From: Pocillopora damicornis
Taxonomy: Eukaryota
Assembly: GCF_003704095.1 (NCBI RefSeq)
Contig: NW_020845410.1
Coordinates: 62,001-126,000, forward strand
Length of the DNA: 64,000 nt
Reading direction: 5' to 3'
Each line of letters begins with the position of its first letter. Within the stretch, counting starts at the first letter, position 1. The translations under genes and the position numbers were made by a program. The notes beneath the pieces were generated by a model, which searched no databases, was not told the DNA's origin, and saw nothing but the letters and a program-made list of their open reading frames with translations. Shown here piece by piece: positions 47,701 through 59,443 of this stretch.

Positions 47701-50700
47701 CGTCTTTTGTTTCCATAAAACTTCGTAAGCCTCTACTCGGGCGGCAATCAAGGAACACTCAGAAGGGTTTAAATGAGGAAGGACAACATATGACTCGGAG
47801 GGAGAGATCTCGCAGCTCGCTGACTCTTCTCGTTTCTTTAAAATATCATACAAAGAGCCTTTAATGTCTAGGGAAGTACCTTGGTCGTTTAGGTTTGAGT
47901 CGGACACTGAACGCTCTGTCCTCGAGAGCGCTATATCTTCGGAGCAAAACTCTGGTCCTGGATCGGAAAGGCGTCGTCGAACAAGACTATTACTGGATGA
48001 TTTTGTTTCGGCCATATAACTACCTGAAGAAAAGGCTAGTTCTTTCTCGAGTTCTTCAATTGCCTGTGAGACAACAGAACTGGGACGATCCTCTCTGAAA
48101 GGAGTTGGAGGCCTATTTGTAGAGCTCAAGTAGCCAGTGTCACGGGGAATGTCGCTGCTGTCGCAGTGAATATGCAAACTTGAAGTTTCGTTGAACTGAA
48201 CAGAACTTCTACGACGAGACTGAGGCCTGTCATCTGGAATGGGTTGGCTGAGAAATAATGACTTACAGGCAATCCTTGACTTTGCGATTTCAATGGCATT
48301 CTGCACAATTTTTGACGCTTTCGACATTAGGATATCTCTCTGATCATTGTATTCCTTGTCAGCCGAGTGATCCAAGGTAGGCTCATCGTATTCTTCTGAA
48401 TCGTCATCTATTTGGACAAAACACCACTCTGCCCCAAGATTTCTCAAAGCACCGTTTATCAGCTGCTCTACATAGGTTGTAACCTTCCAAAACAAGGTTC
48501 CAAGATGAGGATTACGTTCTGCTGAAGGTTCTTGGTGTTCTCCTGCCAGGCGGGTAATTGATCTTTCTGCAGATACAACTGCATTTAACGCCAGGTCTTT
48601 GGCAACTTTACAAATCTCCAAGTCTAGATAACTTGCCGAAGAGTCACCTTGTATTGAATCAAGTAGATTTTCAGCCGAGAGCACTGCATGAGTTGCTAAG
48701 TAGCCTGTAGCTTCCTCTAACTCCTGGCCATCAATGAATCCTCGATCAAAGAGTTCACCCAAAGAAGCACGGATGGAAACTGTAGATACTTTTGCTGCTG
48801 CGTTCAGCAAGCCCGAGTCATCGTCGGCAACGTTTTGCAATGAAGCCTCGTCTTCGTGCAATTTAGAGAAAGATTTTGCAGCCGACTCAATTGCACTGCA
48901 TCCAAGATCTCGAGACGCCACGGTTAATCCTTCCCTCTCGAGTTTTTGCAGAAGGTTGCCTGAGGAATCCATGAGAGTTTTGGAAATGTCAAGCGCAGTT
49001 TGTTTTATGTTTTCTTCCATTTGATCAGCGATGTTGTTGAGTCGCTGTATTGATGCTTTTGCCGATTTCAGAGCCTCCCGTGCAAGACTTCGTGCTGCAA
49101 TGCACAAGTCTTGTTCGTTTCCTTGTAAAGTTTCCAACGAGGCACTCTTCGCAAAAATGGAATATTCCAGAGAACTCTCTGAGGCTTTTTGTAAACTCAA
49201 TATAACTTCTTCGTCTGGTTCAATCGCGACTCCGTGAAACCTTTCCAACGATGCCTTCACAGAGTCAATTACATCACTCACCAGCTCGTGACTTGTTGAT
49301 GTCAGATTCCACTCTTTCTTTTCCATTATCCGCTCGAGAGATCGTGTGGCTGAATCAACAGTGGCCTCTGCAATGTCTCTTGCGACTTCATCCAACTCTA
49401 AAGGGAGTTTATGCGTCTTTCCTTCTATCCTTGCATCAGAAACGATTTCCGCACGGTAGAACAATTCAAAAGATTCTTTTGCGGATTCCAATGCCGTGTG
49501 AGCTAAAGTTTGTGCTGCCGCTACCAAATCACTTTCGCGTGACAGGAAGTCTTTCTGCAAAGAACGCGCAGCGGAAACAATAGCAGCACTTGCGATATCT
49601 TTACAAGCCTGTTCGTCATCGTCCATTTCCTCAACGTTTATGCCAAGTTTTTCTAATGATATCTTCCCTGCATGCACAGCATCCGTTGAAAGTTTCTTGG
49701 CCGTCAAATCTTCCAGATCGCATTGTCCAGAGAATGTGTCAGAGGTACTAGCCATGGCCTGAGCGATACCTTTTGCGGATTTCACGAGACACTTAAAAAT
49801 CGTAACATAATGATCCTCGTCTTCATCATCTGTTTCAACTTCTATGCCATATAACTTCTGAACTGCAGATCTAGCCGCTGCGACAGCGTCAGAGGCTGAA
49901 GAGCGTGCTGCTATCAAATCGCAATCGTCCTTACTTAAGACATTTTCCAATGATCTGCTGGCCGATATGATAGCAGCCATTGTGAGCTCTTTGGCGCACT
50001 TATCCAAGGTCGTCGAAAACTGAAACTGGTCTTCATCGACGATGGCTTCAAGCTCCACCTTGTGTAAGCGTTCTATGGACGCTTTTGCGGAATTCACGGC
50101 CTCAATAGCCAGAGATCGCGCCATGATCACTCCCGGAGCGTCTTGCATCTTTCGCGTAGCCGATATGATAGAACCTGCCACTATGGCCTCAGCACATTCA
50201 TCCAGATCATGAGAGATTTGCTGCGCAACCTTCTCACGTGCCCTGTCGATAGCAGTCACAACTATCTCTTTGGCAGTTTTGCGTGACGAGATCACGTCTT
50301 CTCTGGCCCTGTTAATGGCAATGTTTACAATCTTTTGAACATGTCGCCATCGTTCCGCTTCATCAACGGCGAGGGAGACATTCTCTATCACTTGTAGTAT
50401 GTACTTCCTCACTTTGGACCTTAAATCGTCTGACTGGTTATTGGCTGATTTTTTCTGTGCAAAGTTTATGACTTCCTGAACGTAATTGGATTTTTTTCTA
50501 CAAGTTTCCAGCATCTCATGGCGATCTAATGCCTCTGAAGCGTTTGAAATTATATCAAACACGATGTGGTGAACTTTCTCTCGCAAAGCGAACTCAGCTT
50601 TTAACCGCGTCCAAAGTTTCTCCAACTTGTGCAATTCTTCTCTCTCTCGATCCATATTTTTCTCTGAAAGCTAACAATTATATGAAATAAGTCACAATTT

Positions 50701-53700
50701 ACCGAGTTACGCCCCAGAATCACGATCATATCTCTACTACAATTTCGTGAAAACAATCAGTAAGGATGGCATGCTAGGAAATCTTCCCTTTGGTGGAGAT
50801 TGTAATGCTCATATAAACCGGAAGTTATTGATACCAGATGTTTGCTTGGAACTAGGTAGGATGATGATCACATGGATGTAATATGTCTGTTAATCTTATA
50901 CATTTCGCTTTGAAGTCCATTTGAAACATCAAATGGAATTAGAAAGTTAACTTGTTTTACGTCATTGTGTGAATAGTCTATTTCGAGTTCAGTTTATTGG
51001 AAGGAAGGGAAACCGAAGTAGAAGTGGTCGAAAGAGGAAAGGCATAGAGGCAGACACACAGAAGGTAACAAAGAAGCAGGATGGGGCAGAACAAAGTAAG
51101 AAGCGGAGCAAGGAAAGAAACAAATGGAAGCGGAAGGAAGACAAAAGGGAAAGTGAGAGGGAATTGGGAAGTCAGAAGAGGTTGCGAAGTTCTGCATTGT
51201 TACAGATGTCACTTTTTGTATGAGCTTGTGCAGAATTCTACTTAATGAGAGCTTGGTTTTATTCTCGATCGTTTTGTAAGATAATTAGATCTCTACCTCT
51301 TCTAAACGGAAAAGTTGGCGTCAATAAACAATTTATGATCGTCTAGTTAGGAATATTCTCATTGTGACCAAAATGGTATAACAATTCTCATTTAAAGGTG
51401 ATTTTCTCTCGTGGATGATCACACAAAGCCAGGCACTCGGGTGTACCTCCATACGCCTTTTTATCATAAAACACATCAATACTGAACAAAATCTTACCTT
51501 TCTTAGCTGATCGCCTTCTCGTGTCTTCTTCCCCGCAGAAACGACACCACTTCAAAACAGAACGATAAAGAGAGTGAGAGACGGGTAGGACAAAGAGATA
51601 GAGGATTTCGAAGGGGAATCGCTCATTTGGGCATTTATTTGCCATTTCTTTAGGTTTTCGCCCTGCGTCGTCCGAAGAAGAAAGCGACAATAGAGTGAGA
51701 CATAAACATCACAAATGACGTATACTCCGTTTTCCGCGTGGGTTTAAAATGCAAGGCTATCAAACATGTCAGGGATAAAAAAAAACCCAGGTCACCCATA
51801 GACAACACATTTCCAAGGAATGGATCAAGGCCTTAAGGTCAAAGGAAAGGACAACTCTGAGAAAGATTGTTCCTTTCTTCTTTCGAAAAAACACTAAGGA
51901 AAAACCTAGAAGGGAGATAAGGGGGGGAGGGGGTCAATTTTGTAAATAACTATATCATTTACTTCATATGTTCTTTATTTATTCATCTTGAGAGTGTTTG
52001 TTAGGGGGCAGGAGAATTATTGCATCGTTTGCCTCGATCATTTTTCTCCTTCTTTTTTACTGTATTACCTGTAAACTACATTGTCTTTGATTCCAAATTC
52101 TTCTTCAAGGGATGACTTTAAATCCCACACGCTTGACAACCGAGACCTCCGACGTTTTTCTCGACCCCGACCGCTAGCTTTGGTCTGAAGCGAAACTCTA
52201 CGTCCCTAAGGAGCACATCAGCGAAAAGTTACCACTTATGCGTCTGCTTCCTTCCACGCGAAAATTCCAAGGACGGGGGTACTTAGCCTAAACGGGTATA
52301 TGTCATCGAACCGGGAGTAGTCATCCGAATCTTGAGCCTAAATTAGGACTGGGGAAAACTAAGAGAGAGGGGGTGCCTATGGTGCCTGTGACCCCATCCC
52401 TTAGTGGGAGAGGGTCACAAGTTTTTAAACAGAAATTTACCAACCTTACAATTCAGGTTGTGAAAACGCAAAAATATAAATAATCTGCATTAGCATGCAT
52501 TAATACTTTCCAGTGCTACATATTCATTAATTTGCCGGTCCCTCTCCCCGCATGAATACGCAAGATTTAACAGCGATAAAGGTTCCCTGAGGTCAATATG
52601 CCACAAGTTGTTATCCAACACAGGGTAGAAAAAAATAAACGGATAATTCTAACCGAAGCCAAGGTTGATGACTTGAAAGTATACTACATCCCGGAATTTC
52701 CTTACAATGTCCCCCTCCTACCCTAAACAAACACAAATTGGGATGATCAAACACCCTGTGTGGTGTTTTGATCCCATGAGTTCCCTCTGTCAACAAATGT
52801 AGCAAGATTTATGGGAAAAGGGTGAGTTTTCTCACCCAAAAAAGTCGTTTTTTACCGTGGTTATAGTTTTTGCATTCTAATCACGGTAAGAAATAGTTTT
52901 CGATCACTCTACTATGACAACAACTATGTTCTCAATTGAGACAAAAAGCTCGCCATTACTGATAAAATGATCAGTTGATCTTTCCACATAGAGAGATATA
53001 ATTCGGCATGCAATTCGCAAATACTCAGAGCACATTTGATATTGCCATATGCGTTCCTCTTTTCCAGAGAACCAATAGTCACTTCTGACCTGCTTTTCAT
53101 GCCTCTCTCGCATCCAAGCATGTTTCTGCTTCCATATTTTTAAGTCTTTCAACTTATTCTCCCTCATTTTCTCAAGGAAAAGCTCCGCGTTGTGATGTTG
53201 CTTTACAAGAGTATTGCGCCTCTTTTGCAAGCACTGATCATGTTGTTCTGAAAGGGAGAAAACATAAACATATAACGGAATTATTCTATAACACCGAACG
53301 TATTTATCTTCGGTAAATTCTTTTCTATTCAGCCTCCGCGACATCGATTTATACATTTACTCTTCGTTAGAAAAATGCTTGAGTGGCATTTAACGATTTC
53401 CAAAGAAAAAAGAACCAACCACAATTCTATTAACACACTCAACGCTTTCGATATTACTTAGGGATCCTAGCGTATGCTGGGCGCTTGTCACATGTGTACT
53501 CACCTTGTAGCTGGCCTAACCCACGACAGAGTTTTCAGCAACCCAGTGGCAGAGTATTGGAGCACAGAATCCGAAGGTCTGGGGTTTGATTCTTTATGAG
53601 ACCCAAATTTTTTTGGTTCTTTTGTAAAGCGAATAACATCTTTCAACATTCGACGCCCGTACTCAAAATCTAATGATTTATCTTGTCCAATATCCATACA

Positions 53701-56700
53701 GAACTAGGATTATTACAATTGGGTTAGGAATATTTGCAAACGACGTTTTTAATCCAAAATGTCTGTGTCATCGCAATTTTTGATTGAGTGTTGAAGTAGT
53801 CTGAGATTGTATTATGTTACTTTACTTGGCTCTGTGATTGGTCAAGGAAACTCGTGCCACTCTCTCAACCAATTAGATTCAAAACTAAAACCAATAACAA
53901 CTTGGTCGCCCGCGTTTTCCCGCGCTTTAGGCAATTTGGTTGGTTTTACTTTAAGTTCTCGTATCAAACGTATTTTCCTTTCTTTTGATCGGCCGTTGTC
54001 ATTGGCTTTGCTTTTACGACACGAAAAGCGCTCCATATTTAAAGCAAAGGATTGGTTTACCTCGGCTTTTACGACGCTGTTTTTCCACAATCGAAGTCCT
54101 TCTTGCCACATTTCTCTCAAACTCTCGTCTTTCATCTTCTACCTGTTTGCGTTTTTCTTCCTGTCGAACCAACAACATTGCGCAACGGCGCTTCCAATTC
54201 TCCCTCATCTAAAAAAAAAGCAGTGGAAACATTACAATAAGATTTTGTTTGAGTCTGTACAGGAAAAAGAAATGAAGTAGTTACCTTCTTAGCGCGCTAA
54301 TGTGTCGTGCTTTTCGCACATGTTAGAGTTAACATTGCATTGAAGTTTGCTCAACGAGTGGTACACGCCAGCTTCTATCCATCTACAAATCTGAATTTTT
54401 TTCGCAATGGTTGTCAAATCAGGATTTTACTTATTTCTTGCAATCCTACGGTTTTGCAAACCTACGCTCTGAAACTGACTCACAATGAAAACCTTGAGAC
54501 AACTTCCCAATCCTCGTTTTCCCGCGCTCGACCCTCGAGTTGTCATTGGTTCATCGAGTTGCATTCTATCCTTTACTGAGACCGATTTGCTCTCTTTCAA
54601 AACGTCGCATGCTGAGTTAGTTCAAGAATGCTGAGATACTAAAGAAGTCAGAAGAAAATATGTCTACCCTTTGTTCTTTTTCTTCCACCATAGACTGTTT
54701 TTTCTGTTGCACCAATGATTCTCTTTTTCTGTCTTCATAATTTCGTTTCACGAGGAGGCGAATTTTAGTTTTCTTACCCTGCAAAAATAAATCGATAAAA
54801 AAAATTAAATTAGCCGGTGGGCAAGGAGGGGGCCAGACAGGCAAATAGCTCAAGGTCATGTCGTGGGGAACTTGCTGCGCTCCAACTCCACTCCAGTAAA
54901 TTATAAAAACGTAGCTACTGAGCGGGAGGGCCGGTCGGGAAAATATCTGGCTGGAGGTGATAATGTGTGGCACTCGCTGCCCTACACTTCCACTTCAGTA
55001 AGTAATATACACTTACTGTATGGTCCCAAGGGAAACAGTTAGTTTTGTTTTCCTGAGAGTTCTGATGTTTCCCTCGACTTCGTCTTGAGAAACATCAGGA
55101 CTCGAGGACATGCTGTTGTATTCGGAGCGCGGGCAACAACTGCGCAATTGTATCCCGGTCGGGATACATTTGAATTTGATCAGAGCCACGTAACCAAGAA
55201 TCAACCAATCACAGTGCTCGTTTTAATGAGTGAAAGTCTAGGTATCCAACACTATAAAATTATCGACTGAGCGGAAGGACTGGACGAGGAAACATTTGAG
55301 TCGAGGTCGTGACGTACGAACCGAGCACAGTGAGCTCTACATGTCAAAACATGTAGAGATCGCTGCGCTCGGTCCATACGTATTACATGTCAAAGTAATA
55401 AGGCGTACGCAAGACTGTGAGCAGCAGGACCTTACAGCTTCTAACAGCTTCCCCCCTCCCTCCCTCCCTCCCCCTCCCTTCCTCCATTCCTCCCTTCCCC
55501 CTCCCTCCCCAAATAAATCCATGAAATTATGAATAAATAACTGTAAATATATGAAAATCATACATGTGAACTGCGGACAAAGAAACGTTCCTTCGTCTTT
55601 AAGTTCACATATATGATTTTCATATATTTATATTCAAAGTTATTTATGTCTAACACGCCTTGGTTTCCGTTTCATTCTTTTGCAGTTCTCTATCAGCGAG
55701 ATGCTTCTCTCTTTCACTTGCTTCCCTGTCCTTTTTTCGCCTCACGGCTTCTTTGTACTCTTCCCTCCTCTTCCGATCTTTCGCTTGTAGTTTTAGGTAC
55801 TTTTCCCTGTCTGTTTCACGCTTTTTGACAGCGCGTTCTTTCAGATCTCTAGCCCTCTGTTCCCGCAACCGCACGATGCTGTACAGCTCTTTGTCCCGAA
55901 GAAGACGTTCCCTAGCTTGCTTCTCTTTCCAGAGCTGAAGCTCAAGCCGACGCTGTCTTCGGCGTTCCTGATGCATTCGATCTAACTTAAGCTTTCTAAT
56001 CCACTGGCGAAACATGTTGAATTCAAGAAGGGTACATTTTATAAAGCCGCTGTTTGTGATGAAACCTTCAGGACAAACCAAGAAAAGATTCAAAGTAAGC
56101 AAACAATGATTAACAATTATTAAATTTCCAGCTCCGAACATTAAGTTTCTAGTGTTTTGATTGGTTTACTCATTTCCAGTTGTCAGCTCATATTTCGATT
56201 CACCTCATACGGGAATGCATTGCACCAACTGTTGCGGAGCTGAAAAGGCTCCTAATATCCAAACGTTCAGGATTTAATGAAATTTAAAAGAAAACAATTA
56301 TTTCATACGCGCTCGCTGGATACGAAACTGGTTATAGCAAACTCGGTACTATGCTCTTCGTTGGCTATTTACCATCTCATATTCAACAAGCGCTTAAGGA
56401 ATAATTGTTAATTATTCATAGTAGGAGGTTAATACTGGTCACTGATAATAAGGTTTTTAAATAATTTAGTATACGGAAACAAGAAAATCAGTTTATTTCT
56501 CCCTATATATCGAAAATGGTTAGAAATTAAACTCCTGACGCGCAATTTGTCTCTTCAGCTGCTCGGGGGTGAATACAACTGGCTAATCGCTTCAAAACTA
56601 GCCAATCAGCGCGCGCAAAAAACCACTATTCGCCTATGTGGTCTATACTGATCAGTGCTGAATAATCAAGATTTCAATCGAGTGGTACAAAAAAGGACTC

Positions 56701-58384
56701 AAAGTCAATCAAAAGAAAATGGAAAATATTACAAGAAGTCAATGAAAACTTAAAGTTGAAACGAGTGAACAGCGTGAACTTTGGAAATCTCGTGTGAGCA
56801 AATCATACTTGGCTCTAGTTTCCAAGCCTGTTGCAGGCTTTCAGCAAGTCAGAAGGATGCTAAATCCGTGCAAAATAGTCAGTGCGATAGTGGCGGCAGT
56901 GTAAAAACCGAAGGAGGTTTGTTTCGGGTTGGTTCATTGCCTGACCTAATGACGTACCCAGATATTACCGTGTAACTGTCACTGAAATGTACAATCGCTT
57001 GGTCATGAAAAGTCTGGGTACAAGACTATACGCGAGCAGACCCAAACCCCTTCGTTTTTTCACTCCTCCGCTTCTATCGAACTGCTTCCTTCCACGCTTC
57101 GTTTCACTCACTAAAAGTAACGAGCAGGCTATAGTGGAGAGAGTAGCGCACGTTTTCTTGACCGATAACAGGGCGTAGTAACGCGAAACCAAAGCATTCT
57201 GGGATTATGAACAATATTCAATTGGAAATTGCCGCTTACCTTTGTCGACAAGTCTGCGCTTCATGGCTGGACTCTGAAAGTAATCCTTCAAATGAGGGTC
57301 GTGTAGTACATTGTACTGTGGCGGTGAACTATAGGGATCTGTCAGATCAAAATCAGCATCGGCTGGTGTCTCTCGCAGCTGAAATAATAAAGTATATACT
57401 TGAATTCCATCAAACTAAAAAATTTTTTGTAATTTTTTGAGGTACGAAAATAAAGTCTTTGTTTTGACAGCTTCTACCATATTCATCATTGTAAGAAATA
57501 GCGATGCAACAAAAAGGCAAAGTTCCTTTTTTTCTCTTAAGTAAATACATTGGGTTCGGTTGCGATCATTATTATTATTGTTATATTATGAGCACTACTT
57601 CTTTTATTATTGCAATTAATATTATTTTTATATCCATTTTGAAATCATCGATGATCCTTGCAATCTGATTGGCTCTCATTGGTGCGATTTTTTTCATGAA
57701 TCGCACTATTTTTTGCTCGAAATTGCATTTTTTTCCCAATCAATGAGACAGCTTTACAGAGTTTTGAATGTCTACCATAAAGCGAACTTTCCTCTACCCA
57801 AAATTCACCCCGGATGAAACAGAAACAAAGAAAATAGATTTTTTTTTTGCCACACACAACTTGCTTTGACGCTCTTAACTTAACACTGAGCTAACGCCAG
57901 ATTTTAATTTGAGCTATCTTACAGCCTACATGTCTAGTTCTGGGAATAGTGATGTCCAAGTCCGCTAGTTCTATATAAACTGATACCCTCTTGAAATCAA
58001 ACATGTTTATTAAACGCGGTTGAAAAGCTTTTATTCATAAAAGCTGCCGTTTCACTCATTGGCATTCACAAACTAGTACTACCCGAAACTTATAGAAAAT
58101 TCAGTTTTCAGTTCTTTGTTTCTGATTTCTATTTAGTTGAACCCGGTTTAACTTAATACGTTTTGTTCGTGAGATTGGGGTATAATGAAGACACGATATG
58201 AAAGACTCACCTTTTGAGACAGTTTAGTTGTGCAAAATTTTATCGATCGTTCAGAACCAGGAATCAATGGAAATTTTCTGCTTAAGCTCATCAGATCCTC
58301 TCGCATGACACACTTTGGTTTGAATTCCAGCACATTAGATCTGTCCCCGCTTGCAGCAGAAAACACGTACTCTAAAGCATCCAT
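44709..58384 (-). CDS. FSIP2: Fibrous sheath-interacting protein 2-like protein; 10 exons, ~2397 aa
   Basis: Exons 58211-58384, 57240-57378, 55659-56065, 54668-54778, 54061-54208, 53090-53247, 52069-52205, 51498-51549, 45243-50670, 44709-45148 (7194 nt; needs one GC donor at 55658). The N-terminus KFPLIPGS...FCTTKLSQKL...FDLTDPY.....YNVLHDPHLKDYF...RRLVDKGFIT....KCTLLEFNMFRQWIRKLKLD matches the conserved FSIP2 N-terminal block (KLPVIPGS...FYTT...FNLTDPY...YKSLHDPHLKAYY...GYIT...CTLRELNKYRQYLTSLKLD). It is followed by a charged coiled coil, a helical repeat region and a Ser-rich tail. The start codon is not certain. Confidence 0.8.
46330..47200 (-). repeat. Coding ~33-bp (11-aa) degenerate tandem repeat, S-x-E-x4-S-P-R-x
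   Basis: SIEATTKSPRG SLEKVSLLPRG ... SKGDVTQSPGV STENTKVLSRI SKEKIRQSSQN SSERITSNERG SQGLATQSSNA SEQNISLSPNM SKENAQVSPLI. Confidence 0.75.
53780..54025 (+). mobile_element. Interspersed repeat family (CTCTGTGATTGG...AACCAAT...GTTTTCCCGCGCT)
   Basis: Homologous copies at about 61870-62075 (same strand) and 63420-63610 (inverted), with fragments near 16750-16865, 20180-20260, 54480-54550 and 56680-56810. Confidence 0.7.
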
Positions 58385-59443
58385 GATTTTAAGAAGAATT
58401 CTAAATTTTGGTTTCTCCTTCTGTTAAATTCTTCACCAAAACAGGTTTCTCAACCGAAAGTACAGTCCATGATTGAACATTCATGGGATGTCTTTTCAGA
58501 CTAAACTTTGCGAAAACACTGTACGTCATAGTAAGAAAATTAATGACGAAAGGAGATATCCGCGCGCGGAGACAAAAAGCGTTCGAAGAAATTTCCAAAT
58601 TCGATTTGATTCTAAAAGTTAAAATTCTAGGATTCCCATTTGTTATGAATCTGACTTCCGAAATTCGGCCTTCTTCTGACCTTATCAAAATTTGACTGCA
58701 TGTCCACGGGGTCAAAGTTTTGCGAAAAAAATTACATCGCGTGTGGCCAAAGTGTACTCTACCACATTCTACCATACATCACACACACAATAAAACAGTT
58801 TATTGCAAATGCGCGGGAACATACAATGGACACAAGAGGTCGAAAGATTCTAGAGTCGAGACCCTTTTTTTACCAGGGCTGGAAATCTTTTTCAATCGAC
58901 TCGTGAATTTCGCTTTCTGCGAGAGTGCCATGTTTAAAGTAGCGAACAAAGTATACTATTAAGATCTTATTGACTAGTTGCAATTCTACTTGACAGCGGA
59001 ATATCATCCTTCTTAAAACTATGATCCAGCAAAATTTGCATGCGGGAAAAAACTAAACACTCTACCAATTTTATTACAGTTCTTGTCCGCAAAATAAATA
59101 GAAATATCCGGTATCACAGCAGAAACACTAAGGGCCAGTTATTTACACGAGGTATAACCCAAACCACTGTTTCACGCAGTCAGTGGGCCTCTGGCCCCAA
59201 GTCTCTTTAAAACAAGCCTGCGTGCTGCAGGACATGCGTTTCTCCGCCAGCAGGAAGATCTGAGACGCGTGAGGGTCTCGGGAAGAGGTGTGGTGAAGGT
59301 CTAGCGCTAAAAATGAGGTTATCAGTGCCAGACCCGTTCAGAGCTCTAGCCGGAGGCCGTAACAAATATTACAAAAAGTATGCTGTGTAACGTGAGCCCA
59401 GTTAGGTAAGTCTCTAAATCAAGAAGACTTCAGTCGGTGAAGG

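Noticed and set aside
45304-49583. Several plus-strand ORFs up to 218 aa
   Set aside because: Antisense to the 5.4-kb FSIP2-like exon; typical shadow frames of Ser-rich coding sequence.
45196-50655. Treating the 1819-aa ORF as a single-exon gene
   Set aside because: It has an in-frame acceptor at 50670 and a GTAAGT donor at 45242, linking it to upstream FSIP2-like exons and a terminal exon at 44709-45148.
58401-58931. ORFs upstream of the FSIP2-like start (124-aa ORF; MALSQKAKF...)
   Set aside because: Not in frame with the first FSIP2-like exon and no recognisable homology. A further 5' exon cannot be excluded.
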